A stretch of 64,000 nucleotides of DNA from the human T2T-CHM13v2.0 reference genome, Homo sapiens: assembly GCF_009914755.1 (NCBI RefSeq), contig NC_060945.1; one strand, written 5' to 3'. The stretch's first letter is position 1, and every line of letters starts with the position of its first letter. The notes beneath the pieces were generated by a model that made no database searches, was not told where the DNA came from, and saw only the letters and a list, made by a program, of their open reading frames with translations. This document shows, in pieces, positions 1 to 12,285 of this stretch. The position numbers and the translations under genes are program-made.

Positions 1-87
1 TCTTTTCTAAGCTGCAGGAAAATGCAATGGAACTTCAGTGATAAAGACACATCCTTGTAATGATTTCCCATAGATTCAAAAAGAGCA

Positions 88-223
88 GGCCAGGTGCGGT
101 GGCTCATGTCCGTTATCCCAGCACTTCAGGAGGCCAAGGTGGGCGGATCACCTGAGGTCAGGAGTTCAAGACCAGCCTGGTCAACATGGTGAAACCCTGT
201 CTCTATTAAATAAAAAAAAAAAA
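88..223 (+). mobile_element. Alu left monomer only (AluS-type sequence)
   Basis: GGCCAGGTGCGGTGGCTCA...GAAACCCTGTCTCTATTAAA followed directly by an A-tract; no right arm. Confidence 0.9.
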
Positions 224-334
224 GAAAGAGAGAGAGCATACAGTATAGGCACACAAGTCTACATACAAGGGTATAAAATATTTCCAGAAAGAGATACAGA
301 TCTTACCACACTTGTTCTCTTCTTAAAACTCTTC

Positions 335-637
335 GGCCGGGCGTGGTGGCTCATGCCTGTGGTCCCAGCACTTTGGGAGGCCGAGGTGGGTGGATCACGA
401 GGTCAGGAGATCAAGACCATCCTGACTAACACGGTGAAACCCCATCTCTACTAAAAATACAAAAAATTAGCTGGGTGTGGTGGCAGGCGCCTGTAGTCCC
501 AGCTACTCAGGAGGCTGAGGCAGGAGAATGGCATGAGCCTGGGAGGCAGAGCTTGCAGTGAGCCGAGATCATGAACTCCAGCCTGGGAGACAGAGCAAGA
601 CTCCATATCAAAAAAAAGAAAGGAAAAAAAAAAAAAA
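335..637 (+). mobile_element. AluY-like, full length
   Basis: Dimeric Alu with GATCACGAGGTCAGGAGATC...CTAACACGG; TSD AAAACTCTTC at 325-334 and 634-643. Confidence 0.95.
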
Positions 638-829
638 CTCTTCAGGTATTTGGTCCCATTGCCTAAAATCCCAGCTTTTTGACATTGCATTCAAAGCCAT
701 TTATGAGCTAGCCTTTCCCTCTCTCTCTGACTCTATCCTATAACCACCTGCATTTCATCTCTTCCCTCTTGCATGGTTTTTCCAGCAACATCAAAGTAAA
801 GATGCCTTTACTGATAAAAGACCACTCAC

Positions 830-1128
830 CAGAAATGTTTAGGAGATTATTCCCTCGAAGGGGTGAGCAGGTGTCCTACCCAATGACTGACTGATACAGG
901 AACACAAAAGCCCAGCTTCCATGCACTAAGGAGGGACAACTCCACAGTGCCCCGAGTGTCCATGTGTGAGTAGGCTGAAGTGAGACCTCAGCTGGAACCA
1001 CGTCTTTGCCCAGCTTATTCTCAGCCCTATTTCACATCTCTCATCACTCCTCAGAGACTGCCCTCAATAAATTACTTGCACAAAAATCCCCATATCAGGC
1101 TCTTCTTCTAGGAAACCCAATGTAAGAG
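830..1128 (+). mobile_element. Old ERVL-class LTR (LTR16/33-like 3' part)
   Basis: Ends CAATAAATTACTTGCACAAAAATCCCCATATCAGGCTCTTCTTCTAGGAAACCCAATGTAAGA, typical of the LTR16-group 3' end. Confidence 0.6.
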
Positions 1129-1129
1129 A

Positions 1130-1590
1130 GGCATTTCTCACTTAACAACCAAAACAATGCTTTTGATGGACTTGTCCCCTAAATTGGCCTATGATCCATC
1201 CATCCTCTTCATCTCCATAAATGACATCACTTGCTCCACTGCTTGGTGCCAAAACCTAGGAATTGTCCTTGGTTCTTATCTTTCTCTCATGCTCCAGATG
1301 CAATCTGTCAGCAAATCCTGCTACCTTTGCCTGGCACATCCTGAATCTGACTCCGGCTCAGCACCTCACCTCCCATCTGGACTGAAAGAGCCTCCTTACT
1401 CGTGTCTGATTCCCTGTTCTTGTTCCTCTTTAATCAGTTCTCCACAGAGCTGCCAGAGTGAGCCTCTCAAAATGTAAGTAGAAAAAAGTGCCTCCTCTGC
1501 TCAGAATCCTGTAGTGGCTACCTATTATGCCTAGAATAGAATCACTTGGCCTCTTGTGATCTCTTCAGCTAAGTCTTCCACCTCATTGTA
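1130..1590 (+). mobile_element. L2 fragment
   Basis: L2-like motifs CCAAAACCTAGGAATTGTCCTTG, CAGCAAATCCTG, CCAGAGTGAGCCTCTCAAAATGTAA. Confidence 0.65.
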
Positions 1591-4500
1591 TTAATCAGCT
1601 AAAGCTAAGACATGGCAGGTAACAAGCATTCCCCAAGTCTCAGCAGCTTGCTCCAACTACATGTCTTAGGGCTACTCCAACACAAGAGGGCAAATGACAT
1701 CCCCAGAATGTTTTGCAATCCCTACCCAAAGTACAACTAACTATACGTATTGGTTTCATGGGCACTATAAAGACACATTTTTACTTTTTCATTCATCACT
1801 GTTAAATATCCATTCCCTTAAAAATTCATAGGTAAAAAATGTTTGGAGAGAAAAATAAAAATAAAATAGAACATATCCTGTCTAAATAATATTAATTAAC
1901 AAATACCATATATGTTATCTTTAAAGAAAAACAGTAACAATGGGCAATGGATGTGACTTAAGAAGTGAAGACTCACAGTACTGTTAAACTCAATATGTGT
2001 TTTTAATATTCACTGACTCTCTAAAAAATGATATGGGAAGTGTACGAAGTATTTCTCTTGTGTCATTCTCTTTTATCCACTTGAGAAATGTTCTCCGTTA
2101 TGGCTCTTCTCTTTAAAGAGCTGGGTGAAATATCTCTGCAACCAACAAACAACCTGCCTCTACTCCAGGCACTGCTGTGCCTCTCTTTCTCCTTCAAGAT
2201 CCAACTTAAAAGTCACCTTCTCTACGAAATCGTCCAGCCTTCAAAAGCACCCATCCTGTTTCCTCTGGGTTTCCATTTGATTTTGCCCTGTTCATCTTCT
2301 TTTCCTTAGCAACAAGCCTAGGCCCTATGCACAGACTGTGTCAAATAAATGTTGAGTGAATGAAAGTATTAATGATCTAGAATGGGCACAGTGGAGTGGG
2401 CTGCACAACTTCAGGCATTTCCCAAACTCCTTTGGAGAAGAGGAAAGTTTCTAGAATCACAGGTAGCTCAGAATTTGCTCAAACTAATCCATCACAAATG
2501 AGCATGAAAAGATGCCTCTTTCTGTGCTCAGCATAATTTAAAAAATATATATCTAATTCAACATTCTGCTGGTAAAGGAGCATCTAAATAAAAAAAAGTT
2601 TTGACATCTCTTGATCAAACATGCTATTGCCTGCTTCTGTTTGGAGCACACAATGTCTATCATGGGTGTTTCTCGGGAGTCAATGACGATGAACAACAAG
2701 TTAATGGCCTGATTTATTCAAACGCGTCTCTGGACAGGCACTCAGTGGTGGCTCACACAGAAAGTTTTCTCCTTGGGATGAACAAGATCCACTGGTCCAC
2801 TTGCTAGGTTTCCATGCCCAGACAAATAGGGGAAAAATAGAGAAATCCTTCCACAGTTCTGGAAATAAATTCTGGGTGTGCAAGGGATTTGGCAAAGTTA
2901 AGCATTAAACATTTGGAAAGTCAAGTTTTGGGAAAAACAGACAGACTGCGTTTCCATGTACTCCCCATAATTTTAAACCAGGAAGTACAGTGAACAATCC
3001 AAATTAGACAAAACACTGACACTGTAGTTTTGTGAAAATTCCACAGAAATGCATTTACAAAATTGTTCTCCTTTCGTGTGTGTGTGTGTGCACGTGTGCA
3101 TGCACTTGTGTGTGTGGTTTACAAGGCAGACCATCGTAGATGCTGGACCTCTTGGCAAATGCAATTAAAACAGCCTGGAGTACCCCACAGAGGATCATAG
3201 ATGAGCCTCAGAGACCCCTGGTGCCTTGCAAAATGCCAGTTAGCATCTTTATAAAGGATGGCTCTTGGTTTAACTACAGTGCGCCTCTGGCAAGCCACTT
3301 GTTTACGAGAATTGAGTATGACAGGGGAGATTTTTGTTCACTGGTAACCACAGGTAGAGAGTGCTGTATTCCCCCATGCCATCACCCTAATGAGAGCACA
3401 GCTGTTCACCCTCCCTTGGGGCTACCTCTGCCACCACTTGTCAGTCTAGCCCACCTGTCTCGATCACATGGAAAGTGTCATTTGGGAAGCTCGGTCCACC
3501 TCTGAAGCTGGAGCTGCTGTCAGTCAATGCTCAGAACCTCTTGGCAAAGCTCTGGCTTAATAGGAGGCTTCTTCCTGGGGTGTTGATAAAGAATGGAGTG
3601 GGTGGAGTGGTGATTTTCTCAGCAAAGGGAGCAGACCAGACACACCAAGGTCAGAGAAAGCTATTCAGTGCAGCTGTGGCTTCAGCTGACAAGTAGGCCC
3701 AAGAGGAGGGACTCAAGGTTGTGAAGTCTGGGGAGGCAAGACCATGACACTGAACTTCATTCTATAAGCAAAGGGGCACTGTAGGTGGCTTTTTTTTTTT
3801 CTTTTTGACATGAGGGGTGACCTGATCAGATTTGCATTCTGGAAGGATCAGAGGCTCAAGCGTAGAGAGAGAAAGAGAAAGAAGCAAGGGGAGCAGTTGG
3901 GGGAACTTCTGCAACTGTCTTGATAGATGTGATGGTGCCTGCTTAGGACATGGCAGAGCTGAGGAGGAAGGAAGAGATGCACGGGAGGTGGCATCGATGG
4001 GACTGTGCATTGATCATTACAGAAGTGTGAAGAGTGAAGAGCAGTGGTCTCCCCAGGTCTGACTGTCGTAGAGCCACATGGGGACACCAGAAGATGGCTT
4101 CAGAATAAACAAAGCAACCAATTTCATTTCACCCAAGGTGCAGTTGAATGCATCTGGGCATCCAGCTGTGCCCTCGCTGGGAGGATCTGGGTGAAGACCA
4201 GTATGAATCACCTGCATTGCCAGCGTGAAAGGGGCTAGGAAATTAGATCTATGTTTAGCAAAATAGTAACCAATAAAAGAATAAAAAATCATCTTCCAAT
4301 CGGAGGAATGAGAAATAATGGGTAAACAAAAGGTTAATGTGTAGGTGACTTCTAAATTTTTTGCTTTTGCTTGCCTATGCTTTCTAAAATTTCCCCAGTG
4401 AACATAAATTATTTTCTAGAAAAGAACAATCAATAGAAAGCTATTTTTAAGGGGAAAGCATGTAGACATCAGTGAACAGGGAGGCAGCAAATGAAAGATG

Positions 4501-4907
4501 AACGTGATGTAGTAGGTGTGAAGGGTGGGGGGAAGTGCAGCGAGCCCTGCAGCAAGACCTGGGCCATCCAGCCAAGGACACACAGCTCCCCTTCTGGCTT
4601 TCCCCGGCATCACAACAAAGGGCTTCTTCATATGGCTGCTCCTTTTCTGGAAGGTTCAGCCCCACATCATGCTCACCTCCTGAAAACACACCCTACCACC
4701 ACCACCTTCATTCATGTATGGCTTTTATCTTTTACCAAAATATACCAGACAGTATCTGTGCCTGTGGTGGGGCAGAGGGGAGGAGAGGTGTTCCAGAGAG
4801 GAAGGAGAGTGGCACCCTGCACAAGCCAGTCCTCCACATCCTATCCTCTCTCTTCACCTTCACAGCCCACTAAGTATTAAGATGCTGACTTCAATTTAGA
4901 AACTGAG

Positions 4908-5266
4908 TGTATTAGTCCATTTTTATGCTGCTGATAAAGACATACCCAAGACTGAGCAATTTACAAAAGAAAGAGGTTTAATGGACTCGCAGTTCCACAT
5001 GACTGGGGAGGCCTCACAATCATGGTAGAAGGTAAAAGACACATCTCACATGGCGGCAGACAAAAGAAGAGAGCTTGTGCAGGGAAATTCCCCTTTATAA
5101 AATCATCAGATCTTGTGAGACTTATTCACTATCAGGAGAACAGCACGGGAAAGCTCCACCCCCATGATTCAATTATCTCCCACTGTGTCCCTCCCACAAC
5201 ACATGAGGATTATGGGAGCTACAGTTCAAGATGAGATTTGGGTGAGGACACAGCCAAACCATATCA
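4908..5266 (-). mobile_element. THE1-family solo LTR (MaLR)
   Basis: TGTATTAGTCCATTTT...CAGCCAAACCATATCA with a perfect 5-bp TSD CTGAG (4903-4907, 5267-5271). Confidence 0.95.
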
Positions 5267-6573
5267 CTGAGATTCAGCTGTATCAAAGAACTTGCTCCAA
5301 ACCCCTAGAGACAGTAGGTAGCAGGACCAGGACATCTAGTGCTGCCTCCCAGGCTGAAAAGCCCCTGGGGAAAAACAGAGTGATTCTGAATGTGCATTCA
5401 GGAGTAGGACCGCCTGGTTCATATCCAGCCCCACCACTAAGAGCTGTATGACTCAGGGAAAGATGGTTGCCAGCCCACCATCTGTGGTAGGTTCTTAATG
5501 AGCATTTGAGTGAGAGAGTTCATGGTTGGTGCTTAGACCATGCCAGGTGCAATATACGTGCTCAATACATGTTTTCAGTGGTTGTTTTCTTTTCAGCACT
5601 CCACTCTGCCCCTCCAGCTACTCCAGAGCCTCACTGTGAAGACACCCCCTTCTTTGGCACCTCACTGACTAGTCTTCAGACAGGCTCCAAGATGGCGGAT
5701 CCTCTGTGGTAAAGAGGATGTTGAGAAGATATCAGCTGTAAAGATCTGTTAAACCAAGTCCTCTACTGCATTCTAGTTTTCCTGACCATCCAAGAATATC
5801 TCTGAGTACTGTAATTCCTGTTCTCAGAGCTGTAGGAAACATTCAATTTGATTCTTTTCACCAGGTGTTGATAAAGTCACAGTACAAGTTCTGGGCAGTT
5901 CTAGAACTTCATGGAATCTGACAAAACTCCCAGTATGTCACTGAGTCACTTATAATTTAGTCATAGACATGATAAAACTGTTAGTGAACGAGGACTGCTT
6001 TGAGGGAAAGGAGAAGGAAATACACCCCAAGAAATGAACAGAAAAGGATGAGGCAAGGTTGTAAAACTAGAGGCTGGATGGCTGCAGGTGGAGAGGGAGG
6101 GAGCCTCCTGCTGGGAGGCAGCCCCTCCGAAGGCATGGAACTTCCGTTTCCAGCTCTTTCCAGTGGTTTGTCAGCCTACAAACCTAGCATGATATTGATG
6201 AATTAACTTACAACAAGAAATATAACCATGTGGTAGCTGATTACCACTGCCCCCTCTCTGAAGGCACAAATACACCAAAAGACAAATTATCATGAAAAGG
6301 CAGGTTAGCCATCTTGAAACCAGAGCCACTGGAGTGAGCCAAGGGAATCTTATGGCGTGGTCATCCACCTAGGACCATGATATCCCTGACACTTTCCTGT
6401 GCCCGATTCTGCACGTGACACCATCTCCATGGGGTGCGTTGTCAAAGTTTTGCCATCCTATGGAACAAGATATTACATGAGAAGCTTTCTCTGGGGCATC
6501 AAGAAAGTGATAGATTTTAGACTACAAGTGAATTGTAAAACAGACCGTAATGCAAACATTTAAAGTAGGTGAT

Positions 6574-6756
6574 AAAGAACTAGTTAGATAATTTGCCCAC
6601 ATCAAGGGCATACAGAGGTCAGGCTTGAGAAGCAGAGGGTTAGTGAAAAGGATTTCTTTAGAGAAAGAACTAGTTAGATAATTCACCCACATCAAGGGCA
6701 TACAGAGGTCAGGCTTGAGAAGCAGAGGGTTAGTGAAAAGGATTTCTTTAGAGAAA
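6574..6756. repeat. 90-bp tandem duplication (2 copies)
   Basis: 6574-6663 repeated at 6664-6753; only differences are TTTG versus TTCA. Confidence 0.97.
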
Positions 6757-6859
6757 ACTATGAGACACCTTCTGGGGGTGGGTGAGGGAAGTGGGTGGGT
6801 GGAAGTGTGTGCCCCCCTTCATCTCAAGCCAAGAGACTGACCTCTATAGGGTTGATTGT

Positions 6860-7394
6860 GACCTTGCTCCATGTGCCCTGGATTTTGGGAGGCCTGGTGG
6901 ACTATGTTTGCCACCTGAGCAAAGAACCCATTGATGAGGAGCTGTGGGCTGTGGGCTTGCGGCAGCAGAACAAAGAGAGGAGCACTGGACACAGTGGGTT
7001 TGATGTCCACTTCCACCAAGAGGTGGTGCTGTCCAGGGACCAGGTGTGGGCACGTAGGAGAGAGACAGTGGATCTTAAAGCCTGCTCAGGGGACCTCCTG
7101 GAAAGGTGCTGGGACCACCACCAGGAAAGTCTGGGAGAGTAGAATTTGCACAACCATGGGCTGGAGCTGAGCAGCAGCAGGGAAGCCTGCATCACCACCT
7201 TGGGGAGGGCAGGTGAGCCTATGCAGCAGGATCCACAGCGATCCCACAAGGAACTCAGCTGCAAGCACAAGGCCATTGCTGTCACTTGGCTGAGTGCTGC
7301 TCTTCCCAGGGCTTGGTCACACGTGGGGCAGCACAGCTGTAAGACAAGGCCAATGCCTGAGACAGACAGTAGCCACCACTCCAGTGTCACTTAG
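6860..7394 (+). pseudogene. Decayed coding-like fragment, probable retrocopy; parent gene not identified
   Basis: About 175 codons in one frame with one internal TAG (7140-7142); strong C/G bias at codon position 3; many Trp/Cys/His/Gln codons consistent with CpG decay of Arg codons; minus-strand ORFs look like antisense shadows. Confidence 0.55.
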
Positions 7395-8594
7395 ATCTCT
7401 CTAAAGACAGAAAAGTAAGGAAAGAACCCAGAGTTCCATCAGGCAGAAAATAATTGAGAGAAGGAAACTTGCTGAAACCTTAATAGGATGCCTTCAAGCT
7501 ACACAAATCAGACGGAATAGTTAGGTAATGGTAAAAACTATTAAACCCAAGGGGCAGCTGAAGCGTGGGACCTGAGGCTTCCCATTTTTTAAAATGCTCA
7601 GCCAGTCCCAGTCCAGTGTTGCAAATAGAATCCTGCTTGTATCAGCTGGGGTTAGTTCAGAGAAACAGAAGCACTAGGAAGTGATAGACGATATGAGAGA
7701 TTTATTTTAGGGACTTAACTTTATGCAATTGTGGGAGCTGGTTAGAGAGTCTCCGTGAACCTGTTTTCTTTGTGTCTAGTGCTTATGCTTGAAGTCTGCA
7801 GGGTAGGCAGTCAGATTGGAAGAGCTAAAAATGATCTCCTAAATCACCTCCATACAAAACTAGAAAGAAAAATAGTGATGCCATCGGCTAATTTGCCTGC
7901 AGGAATAGGTAAAGAGAGCTCCATGCTAGGGGTGCTTGAGGTGGTTTCTGTAGATCCCCCAGAAGGCCACTGGCCCCAAAATTCTTCCTGGAAGTGAAGG
8001 TTGATGGGGAAAAGCATTTACATTCTCATCCATCATTTCCAAACCAATAATCCATTATTAACAAAAACTCATCATCCGTCACTAAGTAGGGTCAAGAGGA
8101 ATGAGTTGAGGGCAAAGATAATTCAGGTCAGGAAGTGGAGAAAGAGCTTCTGATAAACCTGATGGTTGTCAAAAGCCTTTCATATGCCTGCCATGTTTCC
8201 CTGGAGCCTCAAATCACCCCACTGGGCAAAATGGCCAGGCCTTATTATCCCCTGTTTATAGATAAAGAAACAGAGGCAGGTGCTGCTCAGCTGGGCCTCA
8301 GTGTCCTGACTCCCAGGACGGCAAGAGGCAAAGACCAGGCTGACAGGTGCCAGGGACAACTTCAGCCACTCCACTCCAAACTCCCCTGCTCATCAGACAA
8401 TAAATAAGACAGGCCTCAGTGAGGTGCCTTCTCTTCTGTAAGGCATCCCTGACACCCCTGAACCCCTCCCTCTGAATCCAACCTCATGCCACACACTCCC
8501 CAGTCTCTGTGCCACCAGCAAGATGGGTCGATGAATGGATTCAGGTTGTAAGGAGCCAGAGGATTTCACAAACTAGTATCAGAATTTCAGCAGG

Positions 8595-8977
8595 CATCTC
8601 AGTCCATTCCTGCTGCTATAACAAAATACCTGACACCAGGTAATTTATAAATCATAGAAATGTATTCCTCACAACTCTGGAGGCTGGGAAGTCCAAGATC
8701 AACGTGCTGGCAGGCTCAGTGTCTGGTGAGGGCTGCTCTCTGCTTCCAAGATGACTCCTGTTGCTGCATCCTCCAGAGGGGACAAACGTTGCGTCCTCAT
8801 GTGGTGGGAAGGACAAATCACCCCCTCTAGCCCTTTCATAAGGTACAAACTCATTCATGAGAGCAGAGCTCTCAAGGCCCGATCACCTCCTAAAGGCTAA
8901 ACCTCTTCTTCTTGTTGCACTGGGGATTAAGTTTCAGCAAGAATTTTGGAGGGAACGCAAACATTCAAACCATAGCA
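8595..8977 (-). mobile_element. MST/MLT1A-type MaLR LTR
   Basis: CTCAGTCCATTCCTGCTGCTATAACAAAATACC...AACATTCAAACCATAGCA. Confidence 0.85.
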
Positions 8978-10620
8978 GCATCCCAGGCTGAAATCAGTAG
9001 AGCAAGGCCAGCCCAGAAGGTGAGAGATGGTTTCATCTACTTCCACCCTAATCTCATAGATAATAAATCATGCCGAGAATTGGAGGCCTTAAATACAGAA
9101 GGGATCCCAACGTGGCATCTGAGGTTCTCATCACATTCACTTACAGAGGAAACTCAAAATGCAGATGCTTGGAGCACGTGATCCAACAGGTTAGGGTTGG
9201 CTTTAGACTTTGCACTTTTAGCAAACACCCTTACGAGACTCTTAGGTAGAAAGCATCATTCCAGGGGAAGCATCATTATTTCCATCACATGGACAAGGAA
9301 AGGGGACCCAGCTGGCTTAAATGGTTTGTCCCAGGCTCCACAGCAATAGAGCTGCACAGAGAGGTCCTCCTACCCTGGCCCCAGCCTTTTCTCCCTCTCG
9401 CACGCCTCTTGCTGGTGGGAACCATATCACAGTCACCTGTAACCTGGCAATAGTATAAATGAATGAATAAATGAGTGAATGCTTTCCTGCAGGACCACAT
9501 CCAGGCGTGTTGCTGTGTATCCATCTGGGGCAGAGGCGGGTAACAGAAAACATCAAAAATGAGTGAGCCAGAGGATTTCACAAACTAGTATCAGAATTTC
9601 AGCATGCATCTCAGTCCATTCCTGTGTTGCAGGCTCATGACGTTTTGCTCCTTGGAAAATTGTTTTGAAAGAAGAAAGCTTGTAGGTTTCTGTGTTGATT
9701 TTGAAATATTCACTCTTCACTAAGACTCTGGAGGGAATAGACAAATGGCAGAAGAGGAGAGAGTTGGCATTTATTTTCTCAACACTCTCCCTTCACTGCC
9801 TGAGCAGGCTCACCTACACCCAGGGTGCTTCACAGCTGAGAGACATCACTGGGTGCAGCTTAAATGTTTCCAACTTTGCTTTTGCAATCAAGCCAAAAGA
9901 CAAACACACTTTTTCACTAAATTCCTTCCACCCAGGTTGCAAATTGACCTTATTTTAATTTGAGGTGCATGCCTCAGCCCTTAGACATTTTACCTATCTG
10001 ACAGTGAGAACTGACATGTTCCTTAGGCAGCCCTTCCGCTTTGGCCAATTTGACTGATTAATTGAAGAACTCTTCTTGATCCTCACAGAAAGATGTCTGG
10101 CAGTGTGATATTATGGTCACATTGCTTCTGCGCTTTTGCAGCACAATGATGTCGTGAGCAGAACACGTTTATCAGCTGGCCAGGCGCTCCGGGACCTGCC
10201 GCCTGCCAAACCCAGCAGTTACACTTCGCAGTTTCCCCGATTAAAAAGTGTTTAAACATCTGCTACTTAAACAACACTTAAAAAGTAATAAATTAAAAAC
10301 AGGGGGAATAGAACTTAAATAGAGAAAGTGAGCAGAGAACTAAAAGGTCTATATAAAGAGAGAAGCCATATATTTTCGTTTCTGAAATGATCCCTTGACA
10401 ACTTAAAAGTAAGCACTAACTCAAGCGTCCAGGGTATAAAATAAATCTGAATAAGCTTAATGAAAATCAGGCAGTAGTCCATAAAGAAATGCAATATCTT
10501 TGCCCTCTTGCTTCTAATGGGTCTGAGTTTGTTTTACATGGACTTTCAGGGATGACAGGGTCCCTCAGCCAGGAGGAGAGGAGCAATGTCCTGAAGCCAA
10601 AGCTCCTCCACCATGTGTGA

Positions 10621-11090
<470 letters not shown>

Positions 11091-11123
11091 AGAACCTTCT
11101 CTCTTAATGATAGGTCATAATTA

Positions 11124-11488
<365 letters not shown>

Positions 11489-12079
11489 TTAGATAACACC
11501 GTGTTGCCCATTTAGCTGAACCATCTCTTTCATATACATGCTGTTATTTGAGAATATTCTAACTCACAACATTCATCACACCCGTCTCAAGAAGAAAAGT
11601 TAATTTCTAGAATTAAAAGTTCGGCCAGGGCGTCATATGTAAAAGGAAAGATGGAAATTCGTGGGAACACAGCAGCTTGAATCAGTTCTATCAGTTTACA
11701 CAAATGCAATTCTATGTCTCTTCTGTATCACACACAATTTCATCTCCCACCCTCTTCTCATTCTCCGATGAAGATCTACACAACTTTGTACTAGTAGTTT
11801 ATTCTTTGTTAACAATAATTGCTTTGGTACTTAGCTCAAAAACAGATTTTCTTTTTTGCACATTGCTTATGTTACAGATGTGGGTGGAGGGATTTGTATA
11901 AATAAGCATTCAGAATGTGTATAATTTCTACTGCTTGCAGTTGTTCCTCACCCTTTTCCGGTCTGGACATAACACAAGCTTCTCTCTTTGGTCTCTTTTG
12001 CAATTACAGGGAACTTTAACTGGGGCTCTGATTGAATGTGTGTTTCACCCATGCATGGTAGAAATCCCAGCGTTGAAAC

Positions 12080-12285
12080 AAGAGCTCAGGGCTTAGAATT
12101 CGCTGACCTGGGTCCAGCTCTCACTCTGCCTGACACCAGTGAGTGAACTTCAGGAAGATAGTGTTCCTTTCTTTTGCTAAATTTTCCTTTCTTTCCCTTT
12201 CCTAGAAGTAAAAATGGGCATAATAACAACCTCACATGACTCCCAGGACCATTGTGAAGTTCAAGTGAATGTATGTGTGCATTCA
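12080..12285 (+). mobile_element. MIR fragment
   Basis: GACCTGGGTCCAGCTC...GTAAAAATGGGCATAATAACAACCTCAC...GTGAAGTTCAAGTGA, MIR core-like. Confidence 0.6.

Noticed and set aside
6880-7120. Resemblance of GGLVD...DLLERC to plectin-type repeats
   Set aside because: Spacing and intervening residues do not align, so no gene name was assigned
6902-7390. 162-aa minus-strand ORF
   Set aside because: Composition is that of an antisense shadow; the codon bias is on the plus strand
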